From Squalus acanthias (lineage: Eukaryota): a stretch of DNA of 64,000 nt. Location: assembly GCA_030390025.1 (NCBI GenBank), contig CM059433.1, positions 11,162,001 through 11,226,000 on the forward strand, in the 5' to 3' direction. Shown one piece after another: positions 1 through 8,283 of this stretch (its first letter is position 1; every line of letters starts with the position of its first letter). Position numbers and translations under genes: made by a program. The notes below the pieces were generated by a model. The model searched no databases. It worked only from the letters and a program-made list of their open reading frames with translations, and was not told where the DNA came from.

Positions 1-777
1 TTAAGAGAACAGAAAAAGTCACTTATCAAACCACGAGCAGAGAAAAGTGCTTTGATAGAACGTTTGTTAAAGAACCTCAAGGTAGTCGTCTTTTTTCTGG
101 TTCTCTTGATATTACAGTTACTATTGATTAAAAACAGCAATAAAAGCTCCTTTCAAAAAGCAGTCTAAATCTTTGCAAAATTGAGTTTTTTATATATTCA
201 TTGCAAAGTGTCTGTTGCCATTTGGCAAAGCTCTTTATGCAGATACAATAAAAAATGTTGTACTTTATCAGTGAAAAACGCGCATAGATGTAGGTTTTAA
301 GTGAGGAACAGTATTCCTTTTACTGGCTGTGCAGACTCGCACCATATCTTTGTTTAACATCCTGTCATGTTTGCACAATGGCCTACATTAATCATCATTA
401 ACTTAATAAAAAATGACCATGGGGTAATTAAATTGCAAGCTGATGGAAGCATTGAAGAAGTTGCCGTACATGACTACAGTGGCCCGCACTCGTACCCGCT
501 GTGTATTTGCATTACAGATAAGCACACGGACCAGCAAGACCCATAGCAACAGTACTAAGGTTGTCCTGCTCAATGAAGACAGAAGACACAATTTCCAATC
601 TGTCCACAGAGAGCATTCGTCAATGATGTAGCTGTTTAAGTAGTTTGCGAACATGTTACCTAAGGGATTTGTTAGGTGCTTTACGGCTGATTATGAATGT
701 TAGATGTTTGAGTTTTTAATTCCAAAGCGTTACAGCAGAGGAGGAGAGTCGATGAGTTGAATTAAAAAAAAAAAATA

Positions 778-1735
778 TTTTGAGATGTGGGCACCGCTGG
801 CAAGGCCGGCATTTATTGCCCATCCCTAGTTGCCTTGAGAAGTTGAAGGTGAGCCACTTTCTTGAACCGCTGCAGTCCATGTGGTGAAGGTACTCCCACA
901 GTGCTGTTAGGGAGGGAGTTCAAGAATTTTGACCCAGCGATGATGAAGGAACGCCGATATATGTCCAAGTCGGGATGATGTGCGACTTGGAGGGGAACTT
1001 GGAAGTGATGGTGTTTCCATTAACCTACTGCCCTTGTCCTTCTAGGTGGTTAGACAGCTTTGTCCTGGATGTTGTCCAGCTTCTTAGGTTTTGTTGCAGC
1101 TGCATCCATCCAGGCAAGTGGAGAGTATTCCATCACACTCCTGACTTGTGTATTGTAGATGGTGGAAAGGCTTTGGGGAGTCAGGAGGTGAGACACTCGC
1201 CAGAGAATACCTAGCCTCTGACCTGCTCTAGTTGCCACGGCATTTATGTGGCAGGTCCAGTTGAGATTCTGGTCAATGGCGACCCCCAGGATGTAGATAT
1301 TGGGGGATTCGGTGATGCTAATGCCGTTGAATGTCATGGGGAGATGATTTGACTCTCTCTTATTGGAGAGGGTCATTGCCTGGCACTTGTGTGGCACGAA
1401 TGTTACTTGCCACTTATCAGACCAAGCCTGACTGTCGTCCAGGTATTGCTGCATGAGGACACGGACTGCTTCATTATCTGAGGAGTTGCAAATAGAGCTC
1501 AACACTGTACAATCATCAACGAACATCCCTACTTCTGACCTTATGATGGAGGGAAGGTCATTGATGAAGCTGCTGAAGCTAGTTGCACCTGGGACGCTGC
1601 CCTGAGGAAATACTGCAACAATATCTTTGGGCTGAGGTGATTGGCATCCAGCAATCACAACCATTTTCCTTTGTGTTAGGAATGACTCCAGCCACTATAA
1701 AGTTTCCCCCTGATCCTAACTAACTTCAGTTTTAC
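778..1735 (-). mobile_element. Non-LTR retrotransposon (CR1-group LINE) 3' half: degenerate RT C-terminus plus 3' UTR
   Basis: ORF 1050-1664 reads PQGSV..FINDLP..MFVDDCT..WQVTF..ILGV.ID. Same family recurs at 12227-12755, 19750-20940 and 60650-60872. Confidence 0.85.
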
Positions 1736-1928
1736 CCCAGAGGGCTGTGGAGGCTCAGTCATTGAGTATATTCAAGACAGAGATCGATAGATTTTTGAAT
1801 ATTAAGGGGATCAAGGGATACGGGGATAGTTCAGGAAAGTGGAGATGAGGTAGAAGATCAGCCATGATCTTATGGAATGGTAGAGCAGGCTCGAAGGGCC
1901 AAATGACCTACTCCTGCTCTTATTCTCA
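1736..1928 (+). mobile_element. CR1 LINE 3'-terminal fragment
   Basis: gctgtggaggct...gatcagccatgatct...ggctcgaagggccaaatgacctactcctgctc, the CR1 3' end repeated throughout the window. Confidence 0.85.
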
Positions 1929-1929
1929 C

Positions 1930-2785
1930 TAATACAAAATCAAAATACTGCGGTTGCTGGAAATCTGAAATAGAAACAGAAAATGCTGGAAATACTCAGC
2001 AGGTCAGGCAGCATCTGTGGAGAGAGAAACAGAGTTAACGTTTAAGGTCGATGACCTTTCGTCAGAACTGGAAAAAGTTAGAGATGGAACAGGTTTTTTA
2101 GCAAGTGCAGAGGCAGGGAAAGGGGGAGGGGAGGAAAGAACAAAAGGGAAGGTCTGTGATAGGGTGGAAGGCAGGAGAGATCAAAAGACAAAAGGGATGA
2201 TGGTGCGAGGCAAAAGGAGATGGTAATGGGACAAGTAAAGAAACAAAAGGTGAGTCTAGAAGAGGTGTAAATGGGAATGACAGAATGATCAACAGCTGTC
2301 ATATGAAAAAATAGGGGCAGAGGTTATGGTCTGAAATTGTTGAACTCGATGTTGAGTCCAGAAGGCTATAAAGTGCCTAATCGAAAGATGAGGTGTTATT
2401 TCGAGCTTACGTTGAGCTTCGTTGGAACAGTGTAAGAGTCCGAGGACAGAGAGGTCAGAGTGGGAGTGGAGCGGAGAACTAAAGTGACAGGCGACCGGAA
2501 GCTCGAGGTCACACTTACGAACTGAATGGAGGTGTTTTGCAAAGTGATCATCCAATCTGCGTTTAGTCTCCCCAATGTAGAGGAGACCGCATCGTAAGCA
2601 GCGAATACAGTATACTAAATTGTAAGAAATACACGTAAATCGCTGTTTCACCTGGAAGGAATGTTTGGAGCCCTGGACAGTGGGAAGGGAGGAGGTAAAA
2701 GGGCAGGTGTTGCATCTCCTGCGCTTGCACGGGAAGGTGCCGTGGGAAGGGGAAGCTGGGAAAATGGAATAGAGTCCTTACAGGA
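1930..2785 (-). mobile_element. Penelope-like element (family A), 3' part: GIY-YIG endonuclease plus pLTR
   Basis: ORF 2289-2651 NLVYCIRCLRCGLLYIGETKRRL (GIY-YIG). The frame at the Gypsy junction continues HPASC|KDSIPFSQ. Confidence 0.9.
2033..2069 (-). ncRNA. Minimal hammerhead ribozyme (Penelope family A), core-mutated copy
   Basis: Minus strand AGUU CUGACGA A AGGUC-AUC-GACCU UAA ACGU U AACU. The conserved GAAA reads UAAA. Confidence 0.6.
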
Positions 2786-2979
2786 TGTCGTAAGAATGAG
2801 GCTTACGCGTGGTGAACTTAAAGTAAGCTTTAATCAACTAAAAAGGTGCTACATACAAAAGAGGTCTTACTCTATGCCTCTCCCGGATCCAACTGATCAG
2901 TCCAGTATTTATCCTGGACTAATCACAGGAAGTGATGCAATAAAGTTCGAGTCACAGGAAGCTGTATTGTGTTACCACA
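2786..2979 (-). repeat. 3' LTR of Gypsy element
   Basis: tgtcgtaag...gttaccaca, 194 bp, near-identical to 7033-7226. Confidence 0.97.
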
Positions 2980-2991
2980 TTCTCCCCCCCC
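2980..2991 (-). other. Polypurine tract
   Basis: Minus strand GGGGGGGGAGAA immediately 5' of the 3' LTR. Confidence 0.9.
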
Positions 2992-2997
2992 AAAAGA

Positions 2998-5900
2998 TTA
3001 GGAGGCCGGGATGCTCCCTCCATTTCGTAGCTGCCGGACGAGGGAGAGCCGCACCCGTTTGGGTTCTCGTAGCGGTAGAGGGCGCCTAGCCCGTTTACCC
3101 GCCGCGGGCCGTGGACCAGAGTCCGAGTGATCCAGCCCGCTCTGTGAGGGGTCAGGACGATCCTGACTGTGCACTGGTGCCCGAACGGGTGTCGGGCAGG
3201 GCTGTGGTAGATCCGTTTCCGAGCGTATGGTACGGGGTGGATCGTGGCTGCGCGTGCGAGCCCCGACGGGCTCATAGTCAGTTTGCCCCAGGTCGGCACG
3301 CTGGAGTGAGGTACCAGCCGGCGTCAGATCCAGATCGTGATGAGAGGCACCTGGCGAGCCCAGAGATGTGCCTGGTACAATATCATCCCCTGGTGTCCCT
3401 CTATGTTTCGGCGGGCAGGGAGCCAGATCCCGCAATGACACGGTAGATTCCTGACCGTCAGGATACCGAATATAGGCGTAGGTAGGGTTGACGTCAGTGA
3501 GCTCAACCTCATCTACCAGGGGGTCATTCTTAGACGCCCGGACATATCTTCGGAGTAGCACTGGTCCCGGTGCAGTCAGCCACGACGGGAGAGATATCCC
3601 ATAGGATGAGCGACGCTGAAATCGAAAGAACCGTTCATGAGGCGTCGTATTTGTGGCGGTCGAAAGGAGGGACCGTGTGGAGTGTAATGCGTCTGGAAGT
3701 ACTGCTTCCCATTGCTGGTTGGGTAGGCCCCGAGATCTCAAAGCCAGACGTACCGCATTCCAGATGATAGCGTTAAAACGCTCGACTTGCCCATTCCCGA
3801 CCGGATGATAAGGCGTCGTTCTGCTGGCAGCAATATCCCGTTCCGAGAGATAGGCCTTGAGTTCTCCTGACATAAAAGAAGGGCCCCGATCCGAATGAAC
3901 ATAGGATGCCATGCCACAGAAAGCAAATACCTGCTCAAGGCAGCTGATAACCGTGGTTGTCAGCATATTGGGGCAGGGAAAGGCAAACGGAAAACGGGAA
4001 TACTCATCGACCATGGTCAATAGATAAGTGTTGCGAGTTGAAGAGGGCAACGGCCCCTTAAAATCGATGCTAAGCTGTTGCATTGGCTGGGTCGCATGTA
4101 TGAGTATACCACCCGAGGGGCGGAAAAACTGAGGTTTCAATTCCGCACAGACTCTGCAGTCCGAGCACATCTTCTTTACATCCCCGGTAGAGAATGGGAG
4201 ATTTCGGGACCGCACGAAGTGTAGCATGCGAGTAACGCCTGGATGACACAACCCATCATGGATGTCTACGAGCGTAGAGGGTGCCATGGCGGAGCAGAAT
4301 GCTCGTGTGAGGGTATCCGGAGCCACATTCTCCTTGCCAGGTCGATAGTGGATGGTGTAACCAAAAGAGGCCAATTCCAGCTGCCAAAGCTGGATTTTAT
4401 TATTTTTAATTTTGGTCCGTTTTCGATTATCGAGCATGAAGGCGACCGATCGCTGGTCCGTGATTAAGGTAAAGTGCTGGCGAGCTAGGAGATGAGTCCA
4501 CTTCCGTACTGCCTCTATGATGGCTGTAGCTTCTTTCTCGACTGGAGGATAATGTAGCTCAGCCCCTTGAAAAGTCCTGGACAAAAATGCCACCGGACGA
4601 CCTTCCTGATTCAGAGTGGCCGAGATCGCCACCTCCGAGGCATCACACTCCACAACAAAAGGAAGACTCTCATTGATGGAGTGAAGAGCCGCTTTCTCCA
4701 ACTGTTTTTTCAGGAGGTTAAAGGCTGCAACAGCCGCTGTGTCTAGTGGGAATGTGCTGGCCTTCAGTAGAGGTTGGATTCGGTCCGAAAAGTTAGGAAT
4801 CCATTTAGCATAGTATGCAAACAGGCCGAGGGCCCGGCGCAAGGAGGCCGGATTCTTAGGTGGCGGGAGTTCTTGGAGTGGGCGAAGCCTTTCAGGGTCA
4901 GGTTTAATGATGCCATTGCCCACACAATAGCCAAGGATGTTGATGGTTGGTTGTGACTCAATGGATTTAGCCGCATTTAATGTCAAATTACGGTGCTGGA
5001 GTGCATCCCAAAATCGTTGGAGATTGGCGTCATGTTCCCGCTGATTGCGACCTGCGACAGTAATATTGTCCAGATAAGGAAACGTATCCTTCAAGTCTTC
5101 CTGTTTGACCAGGTCATCCATTGCTCGCTGGAAGACAGCCACTCCATTAGTGACCCCAAAGGGGAGGCGACGAAATTGATACAGCCGTCCATTGGCTTCA
5201 AAGGCCGTATACGGCTTGTCTGAGACCTTCAAGGGTACCTGATGATAGGCACTTTTCAGATCATATGTTGAGAACACCGTGTACTCAGCCAGTTTATTAA
5301 CCATATCATCGATGCGTGGCAATGGGTATGCGTCCAAGTCCATATATTGATTGATGGTCTGTGAATAGTCAATGCACAGCCGTTTCTTGTGAGGTTGTAG
5401 AGGGTTCTTAACAATAACGACCTGGGCGCGCCATGGCGACGAACAAGGCTCGATGATATCCTCTGCTAAAAGCCGAGAAATCTCAGCCGCAATAAAAGAC
5501 TGGTCTTCCTGACTGAAACGTCGTGACTTTGTTATAATCGGTTTGCATCGAGGAGGGAAACTGGTAAACAGTGAGGGTTCATCCAGTGAAGCTGCTGACA
5601 ATGCACAGAACGGTAATCGAGGTCGTATATTAGAAATAGTGAGTTCAGGTTTGGATCCGCCGAACTCAATGGTGAGCTTCTTATGCTGCTTTTGAAAATC
5701 CAGCCCTAAGATAAGATCACTACATAAGTCCTTGAGCACCGAAAGCCGGGTGGAGGGATACCTGTGACCATTAAGTGTTATTTCAACCATACAAAAGCCA
5801 GAAATTCTGGTATTAAGTGATGACTGAGCCATCGCAATTGCCTGGTCTGATGGGAAAACATGTAGCTTTAACTCTGCAACAATCTGTTCCCTAATGAAAC

Positions 5901-6954
5901 TATCAGTGCTACCTGAGTCAATTAAGGCATCTAAAGTATGTCCATTAATTGATGCTTTTGTAGCTGCATGGAATAGGTTCTGAGGACAAGCAGCTGTAAT
6001 TGGTGTCGTTGCACAAAGAGTGGCTGAAACTCTAGGTGTGTTTCTTCGAGAGAAAACCCGAGAGGAAGCACGATAGATTTTAGCCGGAACATCTTGATAG
6101 GCCCTTACCGGGGCAGTTCGGTAGGACTTAGCTTGATAAGCCCTCGTAGAGGCTCTTGATAGGCAAACCTTTGCAAAATGACCCTTTTTGTTGCAATGAC
6201 TGCAAAACGCATTGCGAGCAGGGCAGAATTTCCGAGGGTGAAACTCATCACCACAAAAGAAGCATTTCTTAGATTGCCAAGAGGCTGCCACAGTGGGGTC
6301 ATCATCCTCTTCATCAGTGAAGTCATCAGATTGATCGTCAGGGATAAAGTCCTCCCTAATAGAGTTCACCTGTGGCCTCTTAATTTGCCTGACTGTAGTT
6401 AAGGCAGCAGACCGAGGTCTGGGCACTGTATAAAGGTCTGCATTTCTTTTTGCCAGATCTAGAGAGCAAGCCATGTCATAAGCTCTCTGAAGCTCAAGTG
6501 TCTTACTTTCCAGTAGACGCTGGCGTATAAATGGGGAGGCAAGCCCGCAGATGAAAGCATCACGGATCATTTCTTCACGGTACAGCTCAGCTGAGGCCGC
6601 CTGAAAGTTACAGTCCATACTAAGTCTGCGAAGCTCTTGGAGGAATTTATCAATGAATTCCTCCGGCCCTTGTTGGGCTGTAGCTAGTAGATGTCTGGCA
6701 TAGACCTCATTCGGTGTCTTAGTATATAGTCTTTTAAGCGTCCGAATTGCCTCCTCGTAACTGCCCCATTCCTCGACATACTGAAATACATTCGGGGTGA
6801 CACAGTTGATGAGTATCCGCAACTTTGAGTCATCATCAGCCTTGCAATATTCGAGAAAATTGTCAAACGTGCGATACCAGTGTTTCCACACCTTACCAGC
6901 TGCTGGGGTGTTTGGGTCCAAGTCAAGACGCGATGGTTTAAGGATGTTTTCCAT
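2998..6954 (-). CDS. Gag-Pol polyprotein (Gag with two CCHC knuckles, aspartic protease, RT, RNase H, integrase), 1318 aa
   Basis: CFFCGDEFHPRKFC and CSHCNKKGHFAKVC; LIDSGS; RLCIDY..YPLP..DLKSAYHQ..LPFG..YLDN; CDAS..EKEA..TDQ; H..CH..C..C and IDFKG..SDRG..VERFN. Gypsy order PR-RT-RH-IN. No env or chromodomain seen. Confidence 0.97.
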   Translation of the reverse strand: MENILKPSRLDLDPNTPAAGKVWKHWYRTFDNFLEYCKADDDSKLRILINCVTPNVFQYVEEWGSYEEAIRTLKRLYTKTPNEVYARHLLATAQQGPEEFIDKFLQELRRLSMDCNFQAASAELYREEMIRDAFICGLASPFIRQRLLESKTLELQRAYDMACSLDLAKRNADLYTVPRPRSAALTTVRQIKRPQVNSIREDFIPDDQSDDFTDEEDDDPTVAASWQSKKCFFCGDEFHPRKFCPARNAFCSHCNKKGHFAKVCLSRASTRAYQAKSYRTAPVRAYQDVPAKIYRASSRVFSRRNTPRVSATLCATTPITAACPQNLFHAATKASINGHTLDALIDSGSTDSFIREQIVAELKLHVFPSDQAIAMAQSSLNTRISGFCMVEITLNGHRYPSTRLSVLKDLCSDLILGLDFQKQHKKLTIEFGGSKPELTISNIRPRLPFCALSAASLDEPSLFTSFPPRCKPIITKSRRFSQEDQSFIAAEISRLLAEDIIEPCSSPWRAQVVIVKNPLQPHKKRLCIDYSQTINQYMDLDAYPLPRIDDMVNKLAEYTVFSTYDLKSAYHQVPLKVSDKPYTAFEANGRLYQFRRLPFGVTNGVAVFQRAMDDLVKQEDLKDTFPYLDNITVAGRNQREHDANLQRFWDALQHRNLTLNAAKSIESQPTINILGYCVGNGIIKPDPERLRPLQELPPPKNPASLRRALGLFAYYAKWIPNFSDRIQPLLKASTFPLDTAAVAAFNLLKKQLEKAALHSINESLPFVVECDASEVAISATLNQEGRPVAFLSRTFQGAELHYPPVEKEATAIIEAVRKWTHLLARQHFTLITDQRSVAFMLDNRKRTKIKNNKIQLWQLELASFGYTIHYRPGKENVAPDTLTRAFCSAMAPSTLVDIHDGLCHPGVTRMLHFVRSRNLPFSTGDVKKMCSDCRVCAELKPQFFRPSGGILIHATQPMQQLSIDFKGPLPSSTRNTYLLTMVDEYSRFPFAFPCPNMLTTTVISCLEQVFAFCGMASYVHSDRGPSFMSGELKAYLSERDIAASRTTPYHPVGNGQVERFNAIIWNAVRLALRSRGLPNQQWEAVLPDALHSTRSLLSTATNTTPHERFFRFQRRSSYGISLPSWLTAPGPVLLRRYVRASKNDPLVDEVELTDVNPTYAYIRYPDGQESTVSLRDLAPCPPKHRGTPGDDIVPGTSLGSPGASHHDLDLTPAGTSLQRADLGQTDYEPVGARTRSHDPPRTIRSETDLPQPCPTPVRAPVHSQDRPDPSQSGLDHSDSGPRPAAGKRARRPLPLREPKRVRLSLVRQLRNGGSIPAS

Positions 6955-7020
6955 GATGGGTGATTCCCTGAATCCTTAGTTCCGAGTTCGTCCAAAAAGT
7001 TTGAGTGCGAAGTTTTTCAA

Positions 7021-7031
7021 AGTTGATTAAA
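7021..7031 (-). promoter_or_regulatory. Putative self-priming primer-binding site (TTTAATCAACT)
   Basis: 1 nt downstream of the 5' LTR, does not start with TGG, exact reverse complement of LTR 7076-7086. Confidence 0.7.
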
Positions 7032-7032
7032 T

Positions 7033-7226
7033 TGTCGTAAGAATGAGCCTTACGCGTGGTGAACTTAAAGTAAGCTTTAATCAACTAAAAAGGTGCTACA
7101 TACAAAAGAGGTCTTACTCTATGCCTCTCCCGGATCCAACTGATCAGTCCAGTATTTATCCTGGACTAATCACAGGAAGTGATGCAATAAAGTTCGAGTC
7201 ACAGGAAGCTGTATTGTGTTACCACA
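7033..7226 (-). repeat. 5' LTR of Gypsy element
   Basis: 194 bp TG...CA with TATA-like GATAAATA and ATTAAA on the sense strand. Confidence 0.97.
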
Positions 7227-8283
7227 CAGGAAGCGGGGTGGGAGGAAGTATAGTCCAGGTAGCTGTGGGAGTCAGTGGGCTTGTAGTGGATGTTTGTCGA
7301 TAGCCTATCCCCAGAAATGGAGACAGAGAAGTCGAGGAACGGAAGGGAAGAGTTGGAGATGGACCATGTGAAAGCGAGGGAAGGGTGGAAATTGGAAGCA
7401 AAGTGAATGAAATTTTCTAGTTCAGGATGAGAGCAGGAAACAGCACTGATACAGTCATCAATGTACCGGAAAAAGAGCTGAGGGAGGGGACCTGAGTAGG
7501 ACTGGAACAAAGAGTGTTACATGCATCCCACGAAAGGCAGGCATAGCTAGGACCCATGGGGTTTCCATAGCAACACCTTTTCTTTGGGGGAAGTGAGTGG
7601 AGTCAAAGGAGAAGTGGTTTAATGTGAGAACAAGTTCAGCCAGGCGGAGGAGGGTGGTGGCGGATGGGGACTGGTTGGTCCCCTGTTCAAGGAAGAAGCG
7701 GATCGTCCTCAACCGTCCTGGTGAGGAATGGAGGTGTAGAGGGATTGGACGTCCATAGTGAAAAGGAGACGGTTGGGGCCAGGAGACTGGAAACTGTTAA
7801 AGTGGCGGAGTGCATCGGAAGAATCGCGGATGTAGGTGGGAAGAGACTGGACAAGGGGAGGAAAAATAAAGTCGAGATAGGAAGAGATCAGTTCCGTGGA
7901 GCAAGAACAGGCTGAAACGATGGGTCTACCAGGGCAGTCCTGTTTGTGGATCTTGGGAAAGAGGTAGAAGCGGGCTGTGTGGGGTTGGGGAACTATGAGG
8001 TTGGCGGCCGTGGAGGGAAGATCTCCAGAGGAGATGAGGTCAGTGACAGTCTTGGAAACGATGGCTTGATTTTCGGTAGTGGGGTCATGGTCCAGGGGGA
8101 CATAGGAGGAGGTATCAAAGAGTTGGCCTTCAGCCTCTGCAAGGTAGAGGTCGGTTCGCCAAACAACAACAGCGCCACCCTTGTCAGCAAGTTTAATGAC
8201 AATGTTGGGGTTGGATCTGAGAGAACAAGTTCAGAGGGAAGTAGGTTGGAGTGAGTGAAACGAGCAGAGAAATTGAGACGGCC
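7227..8283 (-). mobile_element. Penelope-like element (family A), degenerate RT region
   Basis: LFFRYIDDCI..FLDFSVSI..IHYKPTDSHSYLDYTSSHP; ELVLTLNHFSF..KGVAM. Frameshifted. Confidence 0.9.

Larger units (their letters stand above)
2786..7226 (-). mobile_element. Full-length Ty3/Gypsy LTR retrotransposon, 4441 bp
   Basis: Two 194-bp TG...CA LTRs differing at 1 nt, 5-bp TSD CAGGA (2781-2785 and 7227-7231), PPT, intact single ORF. Confidence 0.98.

Noticed and set aside
403..654. 83-aa minus-strand ORF and overlapping plus-strand frames as a host exon
   Set aside because: No recognisable domain and no convincing paired splice sites.
3111..6995. Numerous short alternative-frame and antisense ORFs within the Gypsy element
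   Set aside because: Shadows of the Gag-Pol ORF with no motifs; none looks like env.
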